Source: Candidatus Ozemobacteraceae bacterium
GTDB lineage: Bacteria; Muiribacteriota; Ozemobacteria; Ozemobacterales; Ozemobacteraceae
Length of the DNA: 64,000 nucleotides
NCBI GenBank assembly: GCA_035373905.1
Contig: DAOSOK010000002.1
Span: 131,038 to 195,037, forward strand
Reading direction: 5' to 3'
Part shown: piece after piece, positions 54,729 to 63,965 of the stretch
Layout: each line of letters starts with the position of its first letter
How positions within the stretch are numbered: position 1 is the stretch's first letter
Program-made: the position numbers and the translations under genes
Notes under the pieces: generated by a model
What the model was told of the DNA's origin: nothing
Database searches by the model: none
The model's input: only the letters and a program-made list of their open reading frames with translations

Positions 54729-55937
54729 TCAGCGCTTCGAGACGATTTCGAGGGTGTCTTCGGCGATGACGAGTTCTTCGTTCGTCGGGATGACGAGGTT
54801 GCGGACCTTCGCGTTCGGCGTCGCGATGTCGCCCTCGGCGCCGCGCCAGGTCTTGTCGTTCACGACCGGGTCGATCTCGATGCCGAGCCAGCCCAGTTCC
54901 TTGCAGACGATGCTGCGCACGATCGGGCTGTTCTCGCCGACGCCGGCTGTCCAGACGAGCGCATCGCAGCCGTTGAGCACCGCTATATATGCACCGATAT
55001 ATTTCTTGATGCGGTGCGAGTAAACGTCGAGCGCCAGGTTCGCGCGCTCGCTGCGGGTTGGCCACCCCTCCTCGAGGTCGCGCAGGTCGCTTGACTCGGC
55101 GCTGATGCCGAGCACGCCCGAGTGTTTGTTGAGCAGGTTGTCGACCTCGTGCGGGGTCAGTTCATACCGCTTCATGATGTGGAGCATGACCGCCGGGTCG
55201 ATGTCGCCGGAGCGGGTTCCCATGATCAGGCCTTCCAGCGGCGTGTGGCCCATCGACGTCTCGACCGACTTGCCCTTGTCGATGGCGCACATCGAACAGC
55301 CGTTCCCGAGGTGGATGGTGATCAGCTTCAGTTCCTCGAGGGGGCGTTTGAGCAGTTCGGCGGCGCGGCGGGAGACGAACCGGTGGCTCGTGCCGTGGAA
55401 GCCGTATCGGCGGATGCGTTCCTTCTCGTAGAAGCTGTAGGGGATGCCGTACAGGAAGGCTTCCGGTTTCATCGTCTGATGGAACGCGGTGTCGAAGACG
55501 CCGACCTGCTTCAGGCTGGGCAGAATTTCAGAGACCGCTTCCACGCCCTTGAGGTTCGGCGGGTTGTGAAGCGGCGCGAAGACGATGCAGTCGCGGACGG
55601 CCTGGAGAACGTCGTCGGTCAGGAGTACGCTGCTGGCGAACTTGTCGCCGCCGTGGACGACGCGGTGTCCGACGGCTTCGATCTCGTTCAGCGACGTGAC
55701 GACGCCGTTGTCGGCGCTGATCAGCAGGTCGAACACCTTCCGGATGCCGTCCTTGTGGTCGAGGATCTCGGTATTGATCGTGACCTTGGGGCCGTTGTCG
55801 CCCTTGCGGTGGACGATGTTCGAGCCGGCGATGCCGATGCGCTGCACGAGGCCCTTCGCCATGACGCTCTTGTCGGCCATGTCGAACAGCTGATACTTGA
55901 GGGAGGAGGAACCGCAGTTGAGTACAAGAATTTTCAT
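54729..55937 (-). CDS. ackA: acetate kinase
   Basis: MKILVLNCGSSSLKYQLFDM...; full-length. Confidence 0.9.
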   Translation of the reverse strand: MKILVLNCGSSSLKYQLFDMADKSVMAKGLVQRIGIAGSNIVHRKGDNGPKVTINTEILDHKDGIRKVFDLLISADNGVVTSLNEIEAVGHRVVHGGDKFASSVLLTDDVLQAVRDCIVFAPLHNPPNLKGVEAVSEILPSLKQVGVFDTAFHQTMKPEAFLYGIPYSFYEKERIRRYGFHGTSHRFVSRRAAELLKRPLEELKLITIHLGNGCSMCAIDKGKSVETSMGHTPLEGLIMGTRSGDIDPAVMLHIMKRYELTPHEVDNLLNKHSGVLGISAESSDLRDLEEGWPTRSERANLALDVYSHRIKKYIGAYIAVLNGCDALVWTAGVGENSPIVRSIVCKELGWLGIEIDPVVNDKTWRGAEGDIATPNAKVRNLVIPTNEELVIAEDTLEIVSKR

Positions 55938-55944
55938 TCGTTCG

Positions 55945-56874
55945 TCACCTCTGGGAAATGGCGCCGGGAGCGCTCAGTTCGCGAATGGACAGACCGCTGC
56001 CCTCGATGCGCCGGCCGTCGGGGCCGTAGCGGTAGAAGCCGCGGCCGCTTTTGATCCCGTAGAGGCCCGCGCGGACCATCTTGCGGATCAGCTTGCTGGG
56101 CAGATACGCGTTGTCATTGGTCTCGTGGTGCAAACTTTCCATCCAGGAAAGGAGGGAGTCGACGCCCATCTGGTCGGCGAGGGCGAAGGGGCCCATGTTG
56201 AGCCCGAAGCCGAGCTTCATCGCGTTGTCGATATCCGCGCAGCTGGCGATGCCTTCGTTGAGCACCTTTGCCGCCTGGTTCAGCATGGGCAGGAAGACGC
56301 GGGTCGTGACGAGGCCGGGATACTCGTAGACCTGGATGACGGTCTTGTCGAGCATCTTCGCGAAACGTTTCGCGTTCTCGAGAGCGGCGTCGCTGGTCTG
56401 TGTGCCGCGAGAGACTTCGACGACGGGGGTCTTGCGGACGGGATTGAGGAAGTGCATGCCGATCAGCCGCTCGGGGTGCTTCATGCCCGCCGCCGTGTCG
56501 GTGACGGTGATCGTCGCCGAATTCGTGATCAGGAGCGTCTCGACCGGGCAGATGGCGTCGAGCTTGGAAAACAACTGGCGTTTGCCTTCGAGCCCCTCCG
56601 GGATCGTTTCGATGACGTGGCTTGCTTTCGCCGCCTCCTTCAGATCCGTCGAGGTGCGGATGCGATTCAGAATCGACTTCTTCTCGCCCTCGGTAAGCCC
56701 CCAGCGGGCGATTTCGGAATCGAGCGCCTGCGTGATCCTGACCAGGCTGTCCTCGAGCTTGTCCGCCGCCTCATCGATCAGCACGACGTCGCAGCCGGAC
56801 ATCGCAACGGCCTGCGCCAGTCCCTGTCCGACAGGGCCGACGCCGAACACCACGACCAGTTTCTGACTCATCAT
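55945..56874 (-). CDS. hbd: 3-hydroxyacyl-CoA (3-hydroxybutyryl-CoA) dehydrogenase
   Basis: MMSQKLVVVFGVGPVGQGLAQAVA (Rossmann fold) and the C-terminal dimerisation domain. AGGAG RBS. Confidence 0.8.
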   Translation of the reverse strand: MMSQKLVVVFGVGPVGQGLAQAVAMSGCDVVLIDEAADKLEDSLVRITQALDSEIARWGLTEGEKKSILNRIRTSTDLKEAAKASHVIETIPEGLEGKRQLFSKLDAICPVETLLITNSATITVTDTAAGMKHPERLIGMHFLNPVRKTPVVEVSRGTQTSDAALENAKRFAKMLDKTVIQVYEYPGLVTTRVFLPMLNQAAKVLNEGIASCADIDNAMKLGFGLNMGPFALADQMGVDSLLSWMESLHHETNDNAYLPSKLIRKMVRAGLYGIKSGRGFYRYGPDGRRIEGSGLSIRELSAPGAISQR

Positions 56875-57029
56875 TCTTCTCCTGATGCGAGTAACCACTG
56901 TCTAACGACAGCCGGGCTGTACCCCGGCAAAAGCGACTCAATGTACCAGCCCTTCGAAGAGAAGTCAAACATGGAAAAACACCGAAGGCTGACGGGCCTT
57001 CGGTGTCTGGACAAGGTTCGGGAAACGGG

Positions 57030-58364
57030 TCAGTCGTTGTGAATGCTCCGGAAGCGAGCTTTCACGGACTGGACCGCCTGCACCTGCCGCCCGGTGAGAA
57101 TCGTGCGGTTCGGGTCGCGGAGAACGTTCGTGCCGCAGTGAATCTCGCCCATCGAGGCGTGATACGGCTCGTCGTCGATGAAATGAACGGTGTTCCCCTG
57201 GGCGCGGAACCGGGCCTCGATGATGCGGTCGAAGCTCGGGATGTGGCAGGCCGGCACCAGCAGATGGTTGCGCACGACGGTCAGGTTCACGACCCCGGGC
57301 AGGAAGGCGCAGCAGCCGGTCGGCCGGGTACCCCCGCGGCCTTCGTACAACGACGGCCAGGCCACTTCCGCGATGTCGCGGTCCGGGTCGTTCGCCGCAG
57401 CGCGGATGAACTGCTTCAACTCGCCGACGTTCTTTTCGATGATGTCGCCGATCGCCCGGTTCAGAGTGACGAAATCGCCCTCTGCCGTCCCTCGGCCGGC
57501 GTCGGGATCGTCGAGCCGTTCGTTGAGAACGCGCTTCACCCGGAGCAGGAACTCGCGGTCGGAGCGGTTCAGACGGTCGAGCTCGCCGTCCTCGATGTTG
57601 GTGAGAAGTTCGAGCGCGTAGACCGGATCGGCCTTGACGATTGAGTAGCCGCCGGGAGCGTGGGGGGTGGGAATGAAGGAAATATATTCATCGATATGCC
57701 CGACCGTCAGCCAGCGCGTGTCGGGGGTGGCGAGTCGGCCCGAATACCCGAGCTTCTCGAAGAAGGCTTTGCAGGAGGCGGTGATCGTGTTGCCGGCGAC
57801 CATGATGTCGTCGAAGGGCGTCACTTCGAGGTTGCCGCCGTAATCTCCGTGCGACATCTGGGTCGCCGGATTCTTGAAATAGACGAGGTCCCACAGGGTG
57901 GCGAGAGCTCTCGGCAACCCGGCGAGGCCGCGCCCGCGATTGCTGTCGAAGACGGCCTGCACGCGCTTCCCGTCCGCCCAGGCGGAGCACAGTTCCATGC
58001 AGTCCTGCATCCAGATGTCGCTCGATTTGAAAGTCGGGTTGATCTCGACGTACCGGGCGGCATCCTCGGCGCCGATTCCGAGATCCTTCACGGGATCACC
58101 CCCGGACGTTACGATGTGCAGCTTCAGCCGGTCGTTCTCGGGCAGCCGGTCCTGCTCGTTGATCTGCTTGACAACCTTGAACAGGTCCTTCACGAACGGC
58201 CCGTTCCCATAGGTGTACACCACGAGCAGCTTCTGCGGAACATGATTGTTGTTCACCAGCTGGATCCGTTCGACCTTGTCCGCCGTCGGCGCCGCATCGG
58301 CAGCCGGCGCGACCAGGCAGGAAAACGCCGCAAGAGTGACCCCCAGGATCGTGCGCAGATTCAT
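57030..58364 (-). CDS. secreted agmatine-deiminase / Porphyromonas-type peptidylarginine-deiminase-family (guanidino-modifying) enzyme
   Basis: Signal peptide MNLRTILGVTLAAFSCLVAPAADA. The C-terminal ...MGEIHCGTNV places Cys in the HC context typical of the family. Confidence 0.55.
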   Translation of the reverse strand: MNLRTILGVTLAAFSCLVAPAADAAPTADKVERIQLVNNNHVPQKLLVVYTYGNGPFVKDLFKVVKQINEQDRLPENDRLKLHIVTSGGDPVKDLGIGAEDAARYVEINPTFKSSDIWMQDCMELCSAWADGKRVQAVFDSNRGRGLAGLPRALATLWDLVYFKNPATQMSHGDYGGNLEVTPFDDIMVAGNTITASCKAFFEKLGYSGRLATPDTRWLTVGHIDEYISFIPTPHAPGGYSIVKADPVYALELLTNIEDGELDRLNRSDREFLLRVKRVLNERLDDPDAGRGTAEGDFVTLNRAIGDIIEKNVGELKQFIRAAANDPDRDIAEVAWPSLYEGRGGTRPTGCCAFLPGVVNLTVVRNHLLVPACHIPSFDRIIEARFRAQGNTVHFIDDEPYHASMGEIHCGTNVLRDPNRTILTGRQVQAVQSVKARFRSIHND

Positions 58365-58592
58365 TCGTTCGTTCCTTTCCCGCGACGTGCATGGCACGGC
58401 GTCTTTGTTCTCACATACGTACAGTATACCTCGAATGAAGACGATGTGCATCGGTTCGTGTTCACGAGAATGGCCGTGATTCGCAGAGGCATTTCGCTGA
58501 AAAAAACCTGCTTTTCAAGATTTCATCTGCGAGATCTGCTTGGTCGGCGTCATCTGCGGATCGGATCTCAACGCAAAACACGCATACGGATG

Positions 58593-58782
58593 ACACCATC
58601 TCCTCGTCTCATATGTTAGGCAACAGCTATCACGAGGAAAATAGAATTCTCCAGACCGACATGGCACGGTCGTTCGCCCTGAGCTTGTCGAAGGGCGAGT
58701 GCATTCGTGCTTCGACAAGCTCACCACGAACGGTATCGAGTATGCGGGTGATTGTGGTGGTACGTATGAGACGAGGAGATGA
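58593..58782. repeat. MITE/REP-like ~190 bp element, copy B, with ~18 bp terminal inverted repeats
   Basis: TIRs (C)ATCTCCTCGTCTCATA at about 58595 and its reverse complement at about 58763. Central palindrome GTTCGCCCTGAGCTTGTCGAAGGGCGAGtgCATTCGTGCTTCGACAAGCTCAccACGAAC. Confidence 0.7.
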
Positions 58783-58813
58783 ACCACGAGGTTGTGAAAA
58801 CGATGCGCATGCC

Positions 58814-60217
58814 CTACGCCAGGAAATCCTGCAGGGAGGCGACGAACTCGTGGCGGCCGAGGGTTTCGAGAGCTTCCTTCAGGATCTGTCTCGCCCGTTC
58901 GCGGGAGATGCCCATGCGGCGGCCGATTTCGGCGAGGTTCGGGACCTCGTCGCGGAAACCGTAATACAGTTCGACGAGCTCGCGCTGGCGGTCCGGAAGG
59001 AGGGAGATTGCTTTTCGACATGCCTCCGATTTCGCCTGCTCGAGCGCGATTTCCTCAGGCGACAGCTGGCGCCGGTCGGCGAGGAAATACTCTGGGGCGG
59101 TTTCTCCGGTATCGTCATCGGACTTGTTTCCCGCCTCGAGCGAAACCGGTGTCTGCGTGATCCGGATGATCTCGAGGACTTTGTCCTCCTCGAGATCGAG
59201 GACCTGGGACAGCTCGCGCAGGGTCGGTGGACGGAGAAGTTCGGCCTCGAGCTCGCGCATGCTGCGCCGGATCTTGTGCGCGACCGCGAGCAGATGGTGC
59301 GGGACGCGCACGACCCGACCCTGTTCGCTGACCGCTTTCTGCATGTAATATCTGATCCAGTATGCGGCGTAGGTCGAGAATCTATAGCCAAGCGTATAAT
59401 CGAACTTCGCGACGGCCTTGATCAGGCCGATGTTGCCTTCCTGGATGAGGTCCATGATGCTGAGCCCGCGGTTCGAATACCCGGCGGCGATGCGGGTAAC
59501 CAGTTTCAGATTGGCCGTCAGCAGAAGCTCGTTTGCGTCACGGTCGCCGGCGATCCTGCGGGCCAGATCCTGCTCTTGCTGCCGCGTCAGGGGTTTTCGC
59601 GACAGCTCGTCGAGATACATCTCGACGAGCGTGTGGCGCTTGATCCGGTCGGCGCGCGCGATGTTCAGCCGCTTCTCGGCGAGGACGTCCTCGAACAGTT
59701 CCTCGCTGATGGTGCCGATTTCCCATCCCGTTCGGTAGTGGCATTCGTCGCAGCTCCGCTCGCCACAGGTGACGGCGAGTTTTGCCTCCATGCCGCGCGG
59801 CTCGAAAAACTTGAAGCACCGGATGATGCGTCGTTCTCGAACCGGGCAGCGCGGGTTCGGGCAAGGCAGCACTTCCCAGCAGAAGCGCATGCCAGGTTTG
59901 CCCGAGATTTCGGGAAGAGTCTCCGCCGTCTCTCCGGCAGATCGGGAGGGCTCCGGCGCCTCTTCCGGTTTGGCTGGCGGCAGGGGAGAGGGAATGACCG
60001 ATTCGGGTTCGGGCGGCTGATCCGGTGGGAACAGGCTTTCCCCGATCAGCCCGATCTCCCAGCCCATCCGGTAATGGCAGGTCGAGCATGGGGCGTGGGG
60101 ACAGTCGTCGACGCTTTCCGTGCCGTTCTCGCCGAACCACTGCCAGCATCGTTTGATCCGGTTTCGGCGGACGGGGCAGTCGGTCCGGTCGCAATGAAAG
60201 GCTTCGTAACAGTGCAT
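58814..60217 (-). CDS. sigma-70-family RNA polymerase sigma factor with two tandem N-terminal Cys-rich (C7H) repeats
   Basis: Regions 2-4 are present (LIQEGNIGLIKAVAKFD...YAAYWIRYYMQKAV...VELYYGFRDEVPNLAEIGRRMGISRERARQI). The N-terminal repeats MHCYEAFHCDRTDCPVRRNRIKRCWQWF...CSTCHYRMGWEIGLIGESLF and MRFCWEVLPCPNPRCPVRERRIIRCFKFF...CDECHYRTGWEIGTISEELF are clearly homologous to each other. Confidence 0.8.
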   Translation of the reverse strand: MHCYEAFHCDRTDCPVRRNRIKRCWQWFGENGTESVDDCPHAPCSTCHYRMGWEIGLIGESLFPPDQPPEPESVIPSPLPPAKPEEAPEPSRSAGETAETLPEISGKPGMRFCWEVLPCPNPRCPVRERRIIRCFKFFEPRGMEAKLAVTCGERSCDECHYRTGWEIGTISEELFEDVLAEKRLNIARADRIKRHTLVEMYLDELSRKPLTRQQEQDLARRIAGDRDANELLLTANLKLVTRIAAGYSNRGLSIMDLIQEGNIGLIKAVAKFDYTLGYRFSTYAAYWIRYYMQKAVSEQGRVVRVPHHLLAVAHKIRRSMRELEAELLRPPTLRELSQVLDLEEDKVLEIIRITQTPVSLEAGNKSDDDTGETAPEYFLADRRQLSPEEIALEQAKSEACRKAISLLPDRQRELVELYYGFRDEVPNLAEIGRRMGISRERARQILKEALETLGRHEFVASLQDFLA

Positions 60218-60269
60218 CGCTCAGTTCATCCGGACGATGCGGGCCGGAAGACGCCGGCTCTCCGGGCGG

Positions 60270-61193
60270 TCAGGCGGGAACGGGCTTCGGGGCCGGCGCC
60301 GCGGGCGGGGTCTCCACGGGGAGGAGAGAGACGCCGCCCAGAATCAGGGCGGTTCCTGCGTATCCCGTGAGCGTCATCGTCTCGCCAAGCCATAGCCACC
60401 CGATGATGATTCCCGCGAGCGGTTGTATATTCAGCGTCACCGCCATGATACCCGCGGGCATGTCGATGAGAACGAGATTCCAGAGGGCGAATCCGAGGGC
60501 GGTGCAGATCAGACCGAGAAACAAAATGGCCAGCACGAGCCCGGGACTCCATTGTATCACATGGCCGGCGCCGATTTCCCAGGCCGCGAGAGGAAGCGTG
60601 AGGCCCGCGCCGATGAGGCTGCTGAGCGCCGTGGTCCACATCGCCCCGATCCGCCGCGACACCGGCTTGCTGATCACCGTGTACACCCCGCCCAGCGCCA
60701 CCGAGAACAGGACGAGAATGTCGCCGAGCAGTTCCCCGGCGCCGACGATCTCCTTCCAGAGCGTCGCCGGGTCCTTGCCGCCCAGCAACAGCAGGAACGT
60801 GCCCGCCAGCGAGATCGCCAGCGCCGCCATCGTTCTCGGGTGAAGCCGCTCGGCGAGAAACATGCGCGCGAGAAGCACCAGGATGATGGGTTCGAGGGTG
60901 ATCTCGATGGCGGCTTTCGTCGCGGTCGTGCGCTGGAGACCCCAGAAGTTCAGCAGGAACGCCAGCGTGATGCCGAGGGCGCCGACCAGCGTCACGCCGA
61001 GCCAGTCGCGCCGGGAGATGCGAGGGAGGGGACGCGGGGCGACCAGCAGCAGAACGAGACCGCCCAGCAGGAATCGCGACATGAGAAGCATGGCGGGGGG
61101 CATGAACAGGAGGGCCCATTTCGCCACGGCATACGAACCGCCCCAGACGAAGTTCATCGCCAGGAGCAGGAGGATTCCCGTGCGGCGCGACAT
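60270..61193 (-). CDS. EamA/DMT-superfamily transporter
   Basis: Two EamA-like halves, about 10 TM helices. Confidence 0.75.
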   Translation of the reverse strand: MSRRTGILLLLAMNFVWGGSYAVAKWALLFMPPAMLLMSRFLLGGLVLLLVAPRPLPRISRRDWLGVTLVGALGITLAFLLNFWGLQRTTATKAAIEITLEPIILVLLARMFLAERLHPRTMAALAISLAGTFLLLLGGKDPATLWKEIVGAGELLGDILVLFSVALGGVYTVISKPVSRRIGAMWTTALSSLIGAGLTLPLAAWEIGAGHVIQWSPGLVLAILFLGLICTALGFALWNLVLIDMPAGIMAVTLNIQPLAGIIIGWLWLGETMTLTGYAGTALILGGVSLLPVETPPAAPAPKPVPA

Positions 61194-61194
61194 G

Positions 61195-61974
61195 TCAGGC
61201 CGGGGTCGGATGGTGGCTCATCGCTTCCTCGGCCTCTTCCTCGGTCAGCTTGAGGAACACCGATTCGAGATCGGAAGTGTCGGAGCCGGACTGGATGCGC
61301 AGCGCCTCGAGCGTGCCGAGCGCGATCACGCTCCCGCGGTTGATGATCCCGATCCGCGAGCAGAGATCCTGCGCGACGGACAGCGTGTGCGTGGTGAGAA
61401 AGATCGTCTTGCCCTTCTTCACCTGCTCCTTGAAGATGTCCTTCACCAGTCTGACGCTCTTGGGATCGAGGCCGACCATCGGTTCGTCGACGATGATGAT
61501 GTCGGGGTCGTGCAGGAACGCCGAGCACATCGCGACCTTCTGTTTCATGCCGTGAGAGAAGCTTTCGATCAGCTCGTTTCGCCATTCCCAGAGCTTGAAC
61601 AGCTTCAGCAGCTCCTCGCTGCGCTGCTTCCACAGGTCATCGGTGAGAGTGTACAGGCCGGCGACGAACTCGAAATACTCGAGCGGCGTCAGCTTCTCGT
61701 AGAGATACGGCCGGTCGGGAATATATCCGATGCGCCGTTTCGCCGCGTCCGGGTCTTTCGCCACGTCGTGGCCGGAGATGCGCACCGAGCCGCAGGTGGG
61801 GATGATGATGCCCGTGATGATGCGGATCATCGTCGTCTTGCCGGCGCCGTTGGGGCCGAGAAAACCGAAAAATTCGCCGGGCATGATGTCGAGCGACGTC
61901 GGCTTCAGCGCCTCGAAATCGCCGTAATGCTTGCCGATGCCGGTCAGGGAGATGGCGGGTTCATTCTGGTTCAT
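61195..61974 (-). CDS. ABC transporter ATP-binding protein
   Basis: Walker A GPNGAGKTT, signature LSGGMKQK-like (SHGMKQKVA), Walker B IIIVDEP. Confidence 0.85.
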   Translation of the reverse strand: MNQNEPAISLTGIGKHYGDFEALKPTSLDIMPGEFFGFLGPNGAGKTTMIRIITGIIIPTCGSVRISGHDVAKDPDAAKRRIGYIPDRPYLYEKLTPLEYFEFVAGLYTLTDDLWKQRSEELLKLFKLWEWRNELIESFSHGMKQKVAMCSAFLHDPDIIIVDEPMVGLDPKSVRLVKDIFKEQVKKGKTIFLTTHTLSVAQDLCSRIGIINRGSVIALGTLEALRIQSGSDTSDLESVFLKLTEEEAEEAMSHHPTPA

Positions 61975-63676
61975 AGCGTTCGATTGTGTCCCGTGCCCGC
62001 ATCAGCGGCACGATCGTCCAGAGCGCGCTGCAGAAGATCAGCAGAACGAAGGAAAGGAGGATGAGGAGCCGGCTTCCCGTGCCGGCGATCGGATAATAGC
62101 GATAGAAATACATCCTGAACATGGGGTAGGCCTCGAGCACGAGCAGGTTCATCACGTAGAGCGCGCAGCTGATCATGAAGACGAAACCGCCGAACGAGCC
62201 GGATATCTTGAGGGGGTTGTCGGCGTCGAACCGCGCGAAGACCGTGCCGAGTCCGATGGCGAGGCCCGTGATGACGATCGACATCATGAAGACGTTCAGG
62301 AAGCTGATCAGAAACAGATACGAGGTGGTGACGGCGAATATTCTGTTTGATATAAAACACAGCAGGAGGCCGAGCGCCATCATCGGCACGAGATACAGAA
62401 TGAACTTGACCTGGAGGAGCCGCGACGCCGGAACGGGAGATGCCTTGACGGCCCAGAACGCCCGTCCCTCCATGCTGATCGAAGGGTAGACGAAGCGCAT
62501 CGCGACGGCCGCCATGATGAAACCGATGAAGGGACCGTTGAAATAGACCATCGTATCGTTGATTTCCCCGGAATACAGCGAGGGAAGGTCTTTCAGCGGC
62601 AGAATCGTCAGGTTGTACCCGTAGACGAAGATGATCGCCGCCATCATGAAGATCTGGGAAAAGATCGCCGGATCGCGGAAGAACACCGTAATCTCCTTCT
62701 GCCCGATGACCCGGAACTCCGGCGAGGCGAACCTCAGGGGGATGATGAGCACCCGGCGCAGCCACTCGAGGCCCAGGACCTGGTTCTCGACGGCTTCGAG
62801 GGAGATCTGCCAGCTTCGCCGGTAGAACGAGCGTGCAAGGACGTGCATGATGAAGAGGCCGATTCCGAGCAGAGTCAGCAGGGGAAGCAACTGCCTGAGG
62901 CTGACGAGCGGATCGCCCTCGAACAGGGTCCGCGTCGCGGTGTGCATCCAGGCGCTCGGCCCGATCTTCGTGAGCGGGTTCTGAAGATTGAGAATGTAGT
63001 TCGAGACGCTGCCGAAATAGCTTGGGTTGAGCAGTTTCTCCGGTTCCATGTATCGGAAGAAAAATACCATCGCCGCCAGCACCATCACCGAGAGAAACTG
63101 GAACACCTTGCGCATCTGCCTGATCGGGAACAGCGTCGCCAGCGAGAGCGCGAGAAGCCCCCCGACCAGGTTGGGCGCGAGAAGAAAGAAAAAGATATAT
63201 AACGGGTAGATCAGATACGCCCAGAGGGGCGCCTGGGCGGCGGTGGCGAACGCCAGGAAGACGGGAAGGAAAAACGCCGCGGCCATCCAACTGCTTTCCC
63301 CCACCATCAGGACGAACCGGGACCAGAAGATGCGGGCGGAGGGGATCGGCGACGACATCAACAACCGGATCTCGTCGTCGAGATAGAACGAGGAGAACGC
63401 GGCGATGACGCTGCTGAAGACGATCATGATGAACAGCGCGAGATACAGCATCTCGAGCAGTTTCGACACCAGCAGGCCGCCGATCATCGGGCCGATGACC
63501 GCCCCCAGCATCGGGGCCTTCGAAACATAGGCGAGAAATTTATATAATGCAAAATAAATAATGAACGCCGTGAAGACGCCGCCGCCGGCGAGAAGGGCGG
63601 CGAACCTGGCGCCCCGTTTCCGGACGCTCTGGACGAACGCCCGATAGGTCGGGAAAAGGAGGGAGTTCGGATTCAT
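61961..63676 (-). CDS. large (571 aa, ~12 TM) putative ABC exporter permease
   Basis: Polytopic. Overlaps the ATPase gene by 14 nt. Confidence 0.65.
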   Translation of the reverse strand: MNPNSLLFPTYRAFVQSVRKRGARFAALLAGGGVFTAFIIYFALYKFLAYVSKAPMLGAVIGPMIGGLLVSKLLEMLYLALFIMIVFSSVIAAFSSFYLDDEIRLLMSSPIPSARIFWSRFVLMVGESSWMAAAFFLPVFLAFATAAQAPLWAYLIYPLYIFFFLLAPNLVGGLLALSLATLFPIRQMRKVFQFLSVMVLAAMVFFFRYMEPEKLLNPSYFGSVSNYILNLQNPLTKIGPSAWMHTATRTLFEGDPLVSLRQLLPLLTLLGIGLFIMHVLARSFYRRSWQISLEAVENQVLGLEWLRRVLIIPLRFASPEFRVIGQKEITVFFRDPAIFSQIFMMAAIIFVYGYNLTILPLKDLPSLYSGEINDTMVYFNGPFIGFIMAAVAMRFVYPSISMEGRAFWAVKASPVPASRLLQVKFILYLVPMMALGLLLCFISNRIFAVTTSYLFLISFLNVFMMSIVITGLAIGLGTVFARFDADNPLKISGSFGGFVFMISCALYVMNLLVLEAYPMFRMYFYRYYPIAGTGSRLLILLSFVLLIFCSALWTIVPLMRARDTIERYEPE

Positions 63677-63686
63677 CGACGACGCG

Positions 63687-63965
63687 TCACCAGGGCAGGG
63701 GGTGCCAATCGGGATCCGGCTGGGGGGGAATCGCGAACCGGAGCTCGCTAGACGTTCCCGCGGATTTCAGGAGCCCGAGCCGGAGACCGCGCTCGGCTGG
63801 GTCGTCGCCCTGCGCGGACTCTGGACAGACGAGGGCGTGAAGCGCCCGGAGGGCTTCCGGCCGGAAGGAGTCGGGCAGACAGGTGCGGCCGATGACGGCG
63901 GTGCGCGCCTGCCATCGGAGCCCGGCCGTGATCTCCCGGATCGCGCGGGCGTGGTCGAACGCCAT
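63687..63965 (-). CDS. hypothetical protein, possibly 5'-truncated by the window edge
   Basis: The ORF starts at the Met at 63965, but the frame stays open through 64000, so the real start may lie outside the window. Confidence 0.3.
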   Translation of the reverse strand: MAFDHARAIREITAGLRWQARTAVIGRTCLPDSFRPEALRALHALVCPESAQGDDPAERGLRLGLLKSAGTSSELRFAIPPQPDPDWHPLPW

